DNA of 64,000 bases from Candidatus Eiseniibacteriota bacterium. Its GTDB lineage: Bacteria; Eisenbacteria; RBG-16-71-46; JABDJR01. The translations under genes were made by a program, and so were the position numbers. The notes beneath the pieces were generated by a model. It was not told the origin of the DNA and searched no databases. It worked only from the letters and a program-made list of their open reading frames with translations. Of this stretch, positions 32,073 to 43,423 are shown in pieces. Each line of letters opens with the position of its first letter. The stretch's first letter is position 1. The DNA is taken from contig CAWANH010000028.1 of the NCBI GenBank assembly GCA_963783375.1, positions 480,001 through 544,000 on the forward strand, written 5' to 3'.

Positions 32073-33284
32073 TCAAAGGGTTACCCGGCGAATCCGGTGG
32101 TTGTAGGTATCCGCGATGTAGAGCCGGCCGTCGGGGCCGAAGGAAACGCCGGCGGGACGATTGAGCTGGGCCGAGGTGGCCGGACCGCCGTCTCCGCTGA
32201 AGCCCTCCTCCCCGGTGCCCGCCACCGTGGTGATGATGCCGGTGGTGAGATCGATGGCCCGAACGCAGTGGTTCAGTTCGTCGGCCACGTAGAGCCGCTG
32301 ATCGGGACCGAAGCAGAGATCGCGGGGGTTGTAGAGCGAAGCCCGGACGGCCGGGCCGCCGTCCCCGGCGAGCCGCCCCTGGCCGTCCCCGGCGATGGTC
32401 TCGATCGTGTTGGCGGTGAAGTCGATCCGCCGGATCCGGTTGTTCTGGGTGTCCGAGAGGTAGAGCCGTCCCTGGTTGTCCAGCACCAGCCCTCCGGCGG
32501 GAGACGGGTTCGACCCGTCGGGGAACGCGAACTGGGCCAGGAGCGGATCCCCTCCGTCTCCGCTGAACCCCTTGACCCCGGTCCCGGCCACGGTGTGGAT
32601 GATTCCCTGGGGATCGATCTTCCGGATTCGCTCGTTTCGCTGATCCCAGATGTAGATGCTCCCGTCGACGTCCTCGGCCACCGAGGCCGGCTGGTTCAGC
32701 CGGGCCGCGTCGGCCGGCCCCCCGTCGCCGGCGAAGCCCGCCCCCCGGCCGCAGGTGACCAGCACCATGCCGGTGGCCGGGTTGTAGTGGCGGAGCTTGT
32801 GGTTGTGCCACGCGGCGAGGAGCATGGTGCCGTCGTGGAGGGAGATGATATCGGTGGGGTGGTTCAGGTTGATGGTCGTCCCGGGAGCGCCGGGGGCCAC
32901 CAGGTCCTCCTGGTTGGGCGGACCGTCCCCCACGTACCCGGTTCCGATCACGGTCAGGAACTTCCCGTCCGCGGTAACCTTCCGGATCGCGTGGTTGTTC
33001 CAGTCCACCACGTAGGTGTCTCCGGACGGGGTGAAGGTGACGTCCACCGGCCAGTACATGTCGCTGTCCAGGAGGGCGCGGCCGTCGCCGTTGAATCCGG
33101 CGAAACCGGTGCCGGCCCAGGTGCAGATGACGCCGGGACCGTCCTTGCACGCGGTGTCCTTGGGCTGGGTGCTGCCGTTGCAGCCGAAGACCAGGGGCAG
33201 GGCGGTGAGAGAGAGACAGAGAATTCCCAAAGGCGAAAGGAGCCGCCGCCGGGAACGAGCGCGCTGAGGGGTGCGGTCGTTCAT
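32073..33284 (-). CDS. NHL-repeat beta-propeller lipoprotein
   Basis: Start MNDRTP with GAGAGG RBS; lipobox VFG-C; NHL repeats; paralogue of 30908..32059. Confidence 0.9.
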   Translation of the reverse strand: MNDRTPQRARSRRRLLSPLGILCLSLTALPLVFGCNGSTQPKDTACKDGPGVICTWAGTGFAGFNGDGRALLDSDMYWPVDVTFTPSGDTYVVDWNNHAIRKVTADGKFLTVIGTGYVGDGPPNQEDLVAPGAPGTTINLNHPTDIISLHDGTMLLAAWHNHKLRHYNPATGMVLVTCGRGAGFAGDGGPADAARLNQPASVAEDVDGSIYIWDQRNERIRKIDPQGIIHTVAGTGVKGFSGDGGDPLLAQFAFPDGSNPSPAGGLVLDNQGRLYLSDTQNNRIRRIDFTANTIETIAGDGQGRLAGDGGPAVRASLYNPRDLCFGPDQRLYVADELNHCVRAIDLTTGIITTVAGTGEEGFSGDGGPATSAQLNRPAGVSFGPDGRLYIADTYNHRIRRVTL

Positions 33285-33437
33285 GTTGAACCTCTCACTG
33301 GGGAGGAAAGGACAAGGTTGGGACAGGGAAACCAAACAATTATAGTCCTCCATGAGGCTTCATGCAAGCGGACCGAATGCGTCGGAATTTTGCTAGACTG
33401 ATACGGTTGTTCCCTGATCTCAGACAGGAGCTTGCCC

Positions 33438-34593
33438 ATGCACCGCCTTCCCCACCCCAACCGCCTCCTGCCCGTCGCAGCGATCGCGACTTCTCACCGC
33501 CGCCACCGCGTTTCTCATCTCCTGCGGAGGCGGGTCCTCCCCCACCGGTCCCTCGAACCGGTGCGGGGAGCCCGGCATCATCTGCACGGTCATGGGAATG
33601 AGCCGGGCCGCCTACATCGGCGAGGGGGAAACGCCCGACAAGGTCGCCCTCTACTACCCGATCGATCTTGCCTTCGACCAGGAAAACCGGCTTCTGGTAT
33701 TGGACTGGAACAACCTGCGGATTCGGCGCCTCGATCACGACGGGCGGGTGCGCACCATCATGGGAACGGGGTGGGAGGCCACGCCGGTCCCCGGCCAGCC
33801 CGCGTCCCAGACCCCCCTCCACCACACCTTCTCCATGTGTTTCGACTCCCACTGGATGCTCTACATGGCCGGCTTCCACGTGCCCATGATCGTGACCCTG
33901 GACGACAGCCTGAAGGTCGGGATCCTCGCGGGGGTGGACAGCGTGGGGTTCGGCGGGGACGGCGGACCGGCGTCCCGGGCCCTCATGAACAACCCCTGCG
34001 GGGTGGCGGTGGATCCGTCGGGATACCCGGTCTGGATAGCCGACACCTACAACAACCGGATCCGGCGGATCGACGCGGACGGAACGATCCGCACCGTGGC
34101 CGGCACCGGGGCGCGGGGATACGCGGGCGACGACGGCCCGGGAACCGCGTGCGAGTTCAACCACCCCTACCGGGTCCGCCTCGACACCGCCACCGGCGAT
34201 CTCTACATCTGCGACACCGAGAACAGCGCGATCCGGAGGCTGGACCCCCAGGGAATTGTCCACGCGGTGGCCGGCACCGGCGTGGCGGGCTATTCCGGCG
34301 ACGGCGGCCCCGCCGTCCAGGCCCGGCTCGACAACCCGCTCGACGCCAGGGTCGGTCCCGACGGTCTCCTGTACATCGTGGACAGCGCCAACAACTGCAT
34401 CCGGCGGGTGGACGCCCAGGGGAACATTCACACCGTGGTGGGAACCGGAGAGGCCGGAAACTCCGGGGACGGCGGCCCGGCGGAGAAGGCCCGGCTCAAG
34501 AACCCCTCCTGCGTCATCTGGGACAAGGACGGGAACCTGTGGCTAACCGACATGTTCAACTGTAATGTCCGGGAAGTCACCGCCTGGGACTAG
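33438..34593 (+). CDS. NHL-repeat lipoprotein with a +1 frameshift in the signal peptide (~33489)
   Basis: AGGAG RBS then ATG at 33438 (MHRLPHPNRLLPVAAIA); removing one base continues LLTAATAFLIS-CGGG into ORF 33592..34593; span is 1156 nt (3n+1). Confidence 0.8.
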
Positions 34594-34631
34594 CCCGTCC
34601 CCGCGGCCGTCTTGCAAAGGGGAGGTGTTTC

Positions 34632-35141
34632 TTGTCGAATTCCCGCGTCAAACATGCCGATCGGTTCCGCCCGCTGCCGGTCCTGATCGCGGCGGTCTCG
34701 GGGGCGGCGCTCCTGACCTACGTGGCCGCCTGCGGCGGCGGCTCCACCACCAAACCCCCTCCCCCCGCGGATTGCTCCAGCGTGGCCGACACCACCCAAC
34801 CCGCCACCGTGAGCTACGCGAACGACATCGTGCCGCTCTTCGCCGAACTCTCCAACGGCGGATACGGATGCGCCGACGCCGGCTGCCACGGCGGGGCCTT
34901 CCTGAGCTCCAACTACAGCGTGGCGTCGCGGGATGACGTTCTGATCCCGGGGGACGAGGCGGTGAACCGCAGGCTCTGCGTGGTCAAGCCCGGCGCCCCC
35001 GAGGACAGCTACCTCGTCATGAAACTCGAAGGCCGGCTGGGAATCGACGGGGTGCAGATGCCCAACGGCCAGAACCCGATGACCGCCGAGGATCTCCAGA
35101 AGGTGAAGACCTGGATCCTGGAGGGGGCACGGGACAACTGA
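34632..35141 (+). CDS. Lipoprotein with a c-type cytochrome-like domain (CxxxxCH)
   Basis: Lipobox VAA-C; CADAGCH; VKPGAPEDSYLVMKLEG...QMP...KTWILEGA, resembling the planctomycete cytochrome c domain. Confidence 0.75.
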   Translation: MSNSRVKHADRFRPLPVLIAAVSGAALLTYVAACGGGSTTKPPPPADCSSVADTTQPATVSYANDIVPLFAELSNGGYGCADAGCHGGAFLSSNYSVASRDDVLIPGDEAVNRRLCVVKPGAPEDSYLVMKLEGRLGIDGVQMPNGQNPMTAEDLQKVKTWILEGARDN

Positions 35142-35167
35142 CCGCGCCGACCGGAGGAGACCGCTCC

Positions 35168-36094
35168 ATGCTGCGCATTCGCTTGCTTCAGTTTGTCCTC
35201 TGCACGTTGGCGGTCGTTGCCGCCGGGTCCCACGCAACCCCGGCCCGCGCCGCCGACGGCGTCCCCGCCCTGGATCACGTGATCGTGATCATCATGGAAA
35301 ACCACTCCTACGACGAGGTGCGGACCCAGACCTACACCGCAAGCCTGATCCAGAACGGCACCTCGTTCTCCGATTCCCACGGGGTCACCCACCCCTCGCA
35401 GCCCAACTACCTGGCTCTGTGGTCGGGATCGACCCAGGGAGTGACCGGGGACCAGTGCCCGGCGCCGGGTCAACCCTTCTCGGGTGAGAACCTCGGGCAT
35501 GCCTGCGAGGCGGCCGGGCTCACCTGGAAGGCCTATTCCGAAGACCTCCCCTCGGCGGGCTCCACCGACTGCACCGCGAACTCGAGCCTCTACACCCGGA
35601 AGCACGATCCCTGGACCGATTTCACCAACGTCGACCACACGAACGAGGTCCCGTTCTCCCAGCTGGCCGCGGATGAGGCGGGTGGCACGCTTCCCGATCT
35701 CGCCTTCGTCATCCCCAACAACTGCGACAACTCCCACAACTCGGGATGCTCGGTGGCCGAGGGCGACACCTGGCTCTCCCGGAACGTGCCGGCCATGCTG
35801 GATGCGGTGGGAGCCAGGGGAATGGTCGTCCTTACCTGGGACGAGGACGACTTCACCGCCTCCAACCACATTCTCACCGTGTTCCAGGGGGTGCTGGTGA
35901 AGGGCGGCGCCAACGTCTCCACACGCCACGTCACCCACTACACCGTGCTGAGGACGATCTGCGACGTGCTGGGCCTTCAGCCGTTCGGCGCCGCCGCCCT
36001 CGAGTCCCCTCTGACGGACATCTGGAACGATTCGACCGGCGTTCCGACCGAGCGCGCGAGCTGGGGAAGAATCAAGGCTCGCTACGGGGACTAG
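35168..36094 (+). CDS. Secreted phosphoesterase (acid phosphatase/phospholipase C-like, alkaline phosphatase superfamily)
   Basis: Signal peptide; HVIVIIMENHSYD, THPSQPNYLAL, YTRKHDPW, TWDED, HYTVLRTI; C-terminal SWGRIKARY tail. Confidence 0.88.
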   Translation: MLRIRLLQFVLCTLAVVAAGSHATPARAADGVPALDHVIVIIMENHSYDEVRTQTYTASLIQNGTSFSDSHGVTHPSQPNYLALWSGSTQGVTGDQCPAPGQPFSGENLGHACEAAGLTWKAYSEDLPSAGSTDCTANSSLYTRKHDPWTDFTNVDHTNEVPFSQLAADEAGGTLPDLAFVIPNNCDNSHNSGCSVAEGDTWLSRNVPAMLDAVGARGMVVLTWDEDDFTASNHILTVFQGVLVKGGANVSTRHVTHYTVLRTICDVLGLQPFGAAALESPLTDIWNDSTGVPTERASWGRIKARYGD

Positions 36095-36161
36095 CCCGAC
36101 TCTTCACGGTCCAGCGTCACGAGGGGGCCCGGGAGCAACCTCTGCTCGCCGACGGTCCGGG

Positions 36162-36680
36162 CTATGACTTCCGCGTGTAGCGGATGACCCAGACGTCCTT
36201 CCAGGTCTTCCCCCCGTCCACCGAGCGCTGCCAGTTCCAGTCGAAGGCGTCGTGGGTGATGTTCTGCCACACCATCCGCTGGATGTAGGTCTTGCCCTCG
36301 TGTTCGGCTTCCCGGGTGAACATCATCTTCCCGTCCTTGAAGCCCCCGGTGAAGTCCAGGTAGCCGCCCTCGTTGTCCACCCAGGTCTGCCGCCAGACCC
36401 CCTGCTTCGGGTCGTAGGTGGATACGCTCTTTCCCACCAGCCCGTTTCCCTCGGGGCCCGAGGCGTCGAAGTTCTCCTCGATCACGCAACCGCCGAGGGT
36501 TTTCCGGATGGTGTTGGTGCCCTTCCCACCTTCCCAGACGGCGTTCCACTCCCCCACCCAGAAGTCGAACTGGGCGAACTCGGGGGCGGAGCATGGGGGC
36601 GGGGCCTCTTTCTCCTGGGCAGAGGCCACGCCGGGAGCGAGGGCGAGAACGATGGCGAACAGGGTGAGCGGACGCTTCAT
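36162..36680 (-). CDS. Secreted DUF1579-like beta-barrel protein
   Basis: Signal peptide; QFDFWVGEW, WRQTWVD, SVDGGKTW..W.IRYTR. Confidence 0.75.
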   Translation of the reverse strand: MKRPLTLFAIVLALAPGVASAQEKEAPPPCSAPEFAQFDFWVGEWNAVWEGGKGTNTIRKTLGGCVIEENFDASGPEGNGLVGKSVSTYDPKQGVWRQTWVDNEGGYLDFTGGFKDGKMMFTREAEHEGKTYIQRMVWQNITHDAFDWNWQRSVDGGKTWKDVWVIRYTRKS

Positions 36681-37025
36681 GACGGAGTCCTCCTGGTGGG
36701 CCGGCGGAATGCGTCTTCCGGCTCTGTTGGCGGACCGAGGGGTATGGGCTCGGGTACGGCCCGGGGCCGCGTGACGGCAAGGGGGGATGCGCCGATCCTA
36801 CCACGGCCGGGCGCCCGTCTGCATTCCGCGAGCCGGGGCCGCCCGCGCGACGGCGCCCCGGTCCGGTTTCGCCCCACCGGGCCCCCCGTCCATCCGGCGG
36901 CCGGCGGGTGGGGCGGGGGGAACCGGTTTGGTAGTCTCGGATCCATCAGCCCGGCCCGTCCGCGACCCGGCCCCCCGGCCGGCCCGGGCTTCATGGGCGG
37001 GAACCGCTCATCGAGGAGACCTACC

Positions 37026-38030
37026 ATGCCCAAGCATCGAGCCCCGAATGCCATATTGGTCCTGGGCGCCGTCCTGGTGATCCTCGGGATGGACGCCTGC
37101 GGCTCCCGGGAGCCGGCCGGTGATTCCGCCGCCCGCTCGGACCGGCCCCACCAGGAGCCGGCAGGAGCTTCGGTGACCAACCCGACCCGGGTCCTCTGGA
37201 CGGACGGGGTGAAAAACGCCTACCCCCGTTGGTCCCGGGACGGGACGCGGATCCTCTACCAGACGAACCGGGGCGGGACGTGGCAGATCCACGTCATGAA
37301 CCGGGACGGCACCGGCGACCGGCGCGTCACCGAAGACGCGTTCAACGACAATTACGTCGACTGGTCGCCGGACAACACGCGGATCGCCTTCGTCTCCGAC
37401 CGCACCGGGAACGAGGACGTGTTCGTGATGGACATGGACGGCGGAAATCTCAGGAATCTCACCCGCCACCCGGGACGCGACATCCATCCCTACTGGGCGC
37501 CCGACGGGAAGAGCGTGCTCTTCAATTCCGATCGCGACGGAGCGGACCAGTTCGACGTGTACCGGGTGAACGTCGACGGGTCGGGGCTCCGGCGGCTGAC
37601 CGCGACCGGGTCGACCGAGACCTGCGCGCGGCTCTCCCCGGATGAGAGCCGGGTCGTCCTCCTCCACGGGGCCATGAACGACGAGGTCTACGCCATGGAC
37701 GCCGACGGCGGGAACCCGGTCAACCTCACCCGGACCGCCGCCGCGGAAGGGTGGCCGGCTTGGTCTCCCGACGGGACCCGGATCGTCTACTCCTCGGACT
37801 CCCCCGGCACCATGAGCCTCTTCCTCATGAACGCCGACGGCTCGGGGAAGCGGCAGATCACCAGCCCCCTCCCCACCTTCCGGGACGGCCGGGCCATGAT
37901 CTCACCGGACGGGAAGGAGATCGTCTTCAACCGCGAGGACGACCGGACCATCGGGATCTACACCATGCCGCTCGGGGGAAGTCTCCCGCCCCTTCCGGGG
38001 GGAGAAGCGGGTGCGGAGACAGGGGGCTAG
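37026..38030 (+). CDS. TolB-like PD40/WD40-like repeat protein (probable lipoprotein)
   Basis: GAGGAG RBS; repeated WSPDG..I.F.S.R.G...VYVM..DG....LT. Confidence 0.85.
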   Translation: MPKHRAPNAILVLGAVLVILGMDACGSREPAGDSAARSDRPHQEPAGASVTNPTRVLWTDGVKNAYPRWSRDGTRILYQTNRGGTWQIHVMNRDGTGDRRVTEDAFNDNYVDWSPDNTRIAFVSDRTGNEDVFVMDMDGGNLRNLTRHPGRDIHPYWAPDGKSVLFNSDRDGADQFDVYRVNVDGSGLRRLTATGSTETCARLSPDESRVVLLHGAMNDEVYAMDADGGNPVNLTRTAAAEGWPAWSPDGTRIVYSSDSPGTMSLFLMNADGSGKRQITSPLPTFRDGRAMISPDGKEIVFNREDDRTIGIYTMPLGGSLPPLPGGEAGAETGG

Positions 38031-38073
38031 CCGGTCGAAGGAGCGGTGCTGACCGCGGGCGCGGCCGGCCCGC

Positions 38074-39604
<1,531 letters not shown>

Positions 39605-39609
39605 CAGGC

Positions 39610-40299
39610 TCACTTCTCCTTGGTAGGAGCCGGGCTGTAGCCCTTCAAGGTGAAGTAGTAGTTTCCTCCCAGGCGGAGTTCCGCGAAGGAGGTGTTCTGA
39701 TTTCCCCACCTGTCGGGAAAGCGCGAGGCGTCCTCGGAGAAGATGGTGTGGTAGAGGAAATCCAGGTTGATGGACACCGCGTTCTCGAACAGGTACTCGG
39801 CGCCAACCTTCATGTAGAGTCCGGGGCTCGTCCAGGTGAGGCGCGCCTTGCCGCTGTCGGCGTACGCCCAGCTGCGGTAGGTGTCCTTCACCCCCAGGGA
39901 ATAGAGCCCGGCGCCCACGCCGACGTGGGGCCAGATGGGGCCCTCGCTGGGATTCCAGCGGTACTCGATCCCGAAGGTGGTGGGGATCACCGTGGCCAGG
40001 GTGTCGGTCGCCGAGGTCGCCCCCGGGTAGGCGTTCCACCCCCAACCGCTATCCAGCTCGCCGGCCAGATGACGGGTGAAGTTGTACTTGAAGACGGCCT
40101 GGCCGATGAAGCGGACCTTCCCGTTCCCGAAGTCATCCCCGGTCAGGAACTTCATGCCTCCGAGGCTTCCCCCCAGGCTTCCCCGACCCACGATGTCCGC
40201 GGCCTCGGTCACCGGCGCGAGGAGCGCGAGACCGACCAGCGCCGCCAGAAGGGCGGAAACCGGAACGCAAGGAACCGGCAGGTTGCCGAAGCGTTTCAT
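39610..40299 (-). CDS. Outer-membrane beta-barrel protein (OmpA-like transmembrane / OMP_b-brl)
   Basis: Signal peptide; PHVGVGAGLY, KVGAEYLF, LRLGGNYYF strands. Confidence 0.78.
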   Translation of the reverse strand: MKRFGNLPVPCVPVSALLAALVGLALLAPVTEAADIVGRGSLGGSLGGMKFLTGDDFGNGKVRFIGQAVFKYNFTRHLAGELDSGWGWNAYPGATSATDTLATVIPTTFGIEYRWNPSEGPIWPHVGVGAGLYSLGVKDTYRSWAYADSGKARLTWTSPGLYMKVGAEYLFENAVSINLDFLYHTIFSEDASRFPDRWGNQNTSFAELRLGGNYYFTLKGYSPAPTKEK

Positions 40300-40381
40300 A
40301 ACGCGAATTGACTCCTCTTTGGGGATCGTGAGCAAGCGGGCTCTCGGCGTTCGGGGATGCCTCTCGGGTTTGGAGCCGCCG

Positions 40382-40410
40382 AGTATAGGGAGGGGTCCAG
40401 GGGGTGTCAA
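40382..40410 (-). promoter_or_regulatory. sigma70 promoter for the OMP gene
   Basis: Minus strand TTGACA-N17-TATACT. Confidence 0.75.
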
Positions 40411-40421
40411 GGAAGCCGGCC

Positions 40422-40451
40422 TTGACAGGCCACGAGGCTGTTTTCTAGACT
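40422..40451 (+). promoter_or_regulatory. sigma70 promoter for tRNA-Met
   Basis: TTGACA-N18-TAGACT upstream of the tRNA. Confidence 0.6.
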
Positions 40452-40535
40452 CTTCTGCCCTGTCCGCCCCGGGGTATCCGGGGCGGTTGCGTGTTTTCGG
40501 GCGCCGGTCCACGGATCGGGGCCCGCGGTCCTGGG

Positions 40536-40612
40536 GGCGGCTTAGCTCAGCTGGTTAGAGCAGCGGAATCATAATCCGCGTGTCCGGGGTTCAAGTCCCT
40601 GAGCCGCCACCA
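40536..40612 (+). tRNA. tRNA-Met (CAT), probably elongator
   Basis: Acceptor stem GGCGGCT/AGCCGCC, D-arm TAGCTCAGCTGGTTAGAGC, anticodon arm GCGGA-ATCATAA-TCCGC, T-loop GGTTCAAGTCC, encoded CCA; G1:C72 paired, so not initiator. Confidence 0.93.
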
Positions 40613-40739
40613 TTCATCTTCTTGTCTTCTTGTCGATCGCCCACCGTCCGTGGTCCGTGTGCCCCCCGCGGGTGCCCGTCCGGGTCGACCGGCCCGGATC
40701 CGACCACCGACGAGCCCGGGCCTTTCCCCGGATAAGGCG

Positions 40740-42092
40740 TCAGTTGCCGATCACCGATTTGAAGACGGCGACGGCGATCCTCAGGTCCACCGAGGCGCCC
40801 CAGAAGCCGCTCGACGTCCTCCACCGGTACCGGATGGGAAGATCCCCGGTCTTCCCCACGAACGTGTCCCCCTCGCGCACCGACCCGTCGAGTTCGGGGA
40901 CCCGCGCGTACTGCACCGCCCAGACCACGTCGAGCCCTCGCGCCAGCTCGGCGGTTACGCCGAACAGGTACTCCTTCCCGAGGTCCTTCACGCCGACGCC
41001 CAGGAAGGGGTTGAACCGATCCAGGAACTCCGGCTGTTCGTCGAGATCCCGCCCGTTCCAGAACCCATCCCGCCAGAACTGCCAGGTGTAGAAGACCACG
41101 GCCAGGTACGAGCGCGGCTCACCGTCGGGGGCGGCGTGGTTCATGACCGTTCCCGTATCGCCCGAGGCCCCGGATCGCGGGGCAACGTAGAAGTCGTTGA
41201 ACCGGATCGGTGACTGCCCCACGCCGAATCGAAACGCGGCCAGATAGTTGGGAGACACCCGGATCTTGTAGTCGCGAAGCTCGGCCTTGTCCCGGATGAT
41301 CTTGATCTCCAGGGAACCGGCGGAGAAGGGCCCATAGGTTCCCATGTTGTAGACATTGAGCGTATCCCCTGTCGCGCTCATGATCGCTCCGCTCGATTTG
41401 CCGACAATGGGGCCGGCCCCCGAGGCCAGAACCGGGTATCCCCCCGAAGCGAACTTCCCGGAAACGGTGATCGAATAGTCCCCGATCGATCCTTTATTGC
41501 CCTCGGTCAGCACGAGGTTCACCCGGATGCCGTCGTTGTCGTCCACGTCGGTCGGCATCTCGCCGATCGGCAACCCGTCCTCGTCGAAGACCAGGGTGAT
41601 CCGGTTTCGCCTGCGATCGTAAACGGTGCTGGCCGGGAGAGAGGACCCACCATCGAGCCACGGAAGCCGGCTTCTCCCCCCACCGCCCGGCGCCTCGTCG
41701 ACCGGGAGTTCCAGCGTCTCCGGCCTCAGACTCAACGTCCCGTTGGAGGCGACCAGCTTCAAGTCGACCTTTCCGGACAGAGGCTGGACCTTGCTGCCGG
41801 CGGGGAGGCGGAAGGTCGGGTGGGTCGAGGAGTCCACGCCGGCCAGCTCCACTCCCCCCAGCTCGAAGCGCCAGCCGGGCCGGTCCCCGTCGAGGTTTGC
41901 GACCCGGACCACGTAGGCCCGGCCGCGGCGGAAGGGGGTGGCGGCCCCATGGACCTCGAGCACCTCCTGGTCGCCCACCGATCGGAGATTGAGGGTATCC
42001 GCTTGGGCGGTTTCCTGCGCCTCCGCCCGGGCGCCCGGAGCACATCCAAGGAGCAGGACCAGAGCTGCGATGAACGCGCGCATGGAACTCAT
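40740..42092 (-). CDS. Secreted hypothetical protein, beta-rich, with outer-membrane-like C-terminal strands
   Basis: AGGAGG RBS; signal peptide; C-terminal RFNPFLGVG...YLFGVTAEL...FWGASVDL. Confidence 0.72.
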   Translation of the reverse strand: MSSMRAFIAALVLLLGCAPGARAEAQETAQADTLNLRSVGDQEVLEVHGAATPFRRGRAYVVRVANLDGDRPGWRFELGGVELAGVDSSTHPTFRLPAGSKVQPLSGKVDLKLVASNGTLSLRPETLELPVDEAPGGGGRSRLPWLDGGSSLPASTVYDRRRNRITLVFDEDGLPIGEMPTDVDDNDGIRVNLVLTEGNKGSIGDYSITVSGKFASGGYPVLASGAGPIVGKSSGAIMSATGDTLNVYNMGTYGPFSAGSLEIKIIRDKAELRDYKIRVSPNYLAAFRFGVGQSPIRFNDFYVAPRSGASGDTGTVMNHAAPDGEPRSYLAVVFYTWQFWRDGFWNGRDLDEQPEFLDRFNPFLGVGVKDLGKEYLFGVTAELARGLDVVWAVQYARVPELDGSVREGDTFVGKTGDLPIRYRWRTSSGFWGASVDLRIAVAVFKSVIGN

Positions 42093-42145
42093 GTCGGCAC
42101 CTCCTGAGAGCGGCAATCACCAAACCCCGTCGTATCGCTTCAGCC

Positions 42146-43147
42146 TCACGTCGCCGGATCGGAAAGCCCCAGGGCCTTGGCCGTCTCGCCCAGATGCATG
42201 AAGAAGGACCGCGTCGCCGAGCTTCCCACGAGCATGCCGATGGGCCTCCGGCCGGCATCCACCAGGAGACCGCCGGAGTCACCGGGTGAGACCGGGATGT
42301 CGGTGGCGATCAGGCCGGCCATGTTCAGCCCTCCGGGCCAGTCCGGGTACCGCATGGGAAAGAAGGACGGGAACTCGTAGACGTGTCCGGTGGAGGGGGC
42401 GGGAGCGCCGGCCGCCAGCCGGACCGGCTCGCCCGCTTCACCCTGGAGATCCTGGATCCCGAGATAGCGCAAGGGGCCCATGCTGCCGATGTATCGGATG
42501 TACCGCGCCGCCTCGGCGGCGGGGTGCAGCCTCACCGTACCCACGTCGAACTGGCGGTCACGGCGTGCGTACCACACCCGGCCCATGGGATAGGCATGGC
42601 TTCCGGGAGGGTCGTCGGCCGTTCCGAGGATCCGCTCGGGATCGCTCGGAGCGTGGACGTACTCCTGGGCGATCCGTTTCGCCGGATACCCGGTGAGAGG
42701 ACGCATGAGAACGTGATAGGCGGCGCAGACGACCGTCTCTCCGATTTGGCCGTCCCGGGCCACCCATCCGACCGTTCCCCAATTCTCCGGATGATCACGA
42801 TTGAAGATCCTGTGGCCCGGAATGACCACCGGGGATACCGGCGGCCCGGACGTCGCCTCCGCGATGTTCCCGACCTCGTCCTCCACGATGTCCACGGGGA
42901 GCCACTCCGACCGCCCCTCCAGGACGATGCGCACCCGGTTCGGAATCCGAGCATGTCTCGGCAGGCGCCGCGGATCCTCGGCCTTCCGGCCCTTGCGGAC
43001 GTACACGACCAGGGCCGGCTCGTCGGTTCGGCGCCCGCCGCGAATCCTGAACCCGATCCCATACCCCAGGACGCCGACCTTCCCGAGCAGGTAGGACTTG
43101 TCCGGCACCGCTCCGGCAAGTTTTTGAAGAAATTCGGCGGAACTCAT
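42146..43147 (-). CDS. Trypsin-like (S1/PA clan) serine protease with N-terminal pro-like domain
   Basis: CAAYHV (His), DVG (Asp), SPGDSGG (Ser); N-terminal VLGYGIGFRIRGG..TDEPALVVYVRK...DIVE. Confidence 0.7.
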   Translation of the reverse strand: MSSAEFLQKLAGAVPDKSYLLGKVGVLGYGIGFRIRGGRRTDEPALVVYVRKGRKAEDPRRLPRHARIPNRVRIVLEGRSEWLPVDIVEDEVGNIAEATSGPPVSPVVIPGHRIFNRDHPENWGTVGWVARDGQIGETVVCAAYHVLMRPLTGYPAKRIAQEYVHAPSDPERILGTADDPPGSHAYPMGRVWYARRDRQFDVGTVRLHPAAEAARYIRYIGSMGPLRYLGIQDLQGEAGEPVRLAAGAPAPSTGHVYEFPSFFPMRYPDWPGGLNMAGLIATDIPVSPGDSGGLLVDAGRRPIGMLVGSSATRSFFMHLGETAKALGLSDPAT

Positions 43148-43423
43148 GCTGGCATTCCCGGCGATCTCCACCCCGGGGCGGGGCGTGAGATTCGAGCCCG
43201 TGGCGAACGACTCGTGATCATCCAGGAGAACGGGAGCGGCCGGGGGAAAGACTCCGTTCCTCGTGCGGCGGCTGGTGTGGGGGGATTCTGTGCATTCCGC
43301 GCCGCAAATATGAAAGGAATATAGTACCGAAGTAATGGGGGCGCAACCGGCGAATCGCTCCGGAACCGGCGGCCATGTCACGAAGCCGGGCGAGCGGGTC
43401 CCATCGCGCCGGCGGGCCCCCCC

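Noticed and set aside
30908-34593. Recurrent GGCGACGGCGGCCCG-like DNA repeats as a possible CRISPR array or repeat element
   Set aside because: They are degenerate, in-frame coding repeats (GDGGPA of NHL blades). No identical repeat-spacer array or cas genes were seen in the window.
40536-40612. Initiator tRNA-fMet or tRNA-Ile2 assignment
   Set aside because: The 1:72 pair is intact and the anticodon stem lacks GGG/CCC, so it is not the initiator. The sequence resembles elongator Met; Ile2 is less likely but not formally excluded without tRNAscan-SE.
40536-43423. Prophage or integrative element at tRNA-Met
   Set aside because: No integrase, phage genes or duplicated tRNA 3' end were seen; kept only as a possible islet.
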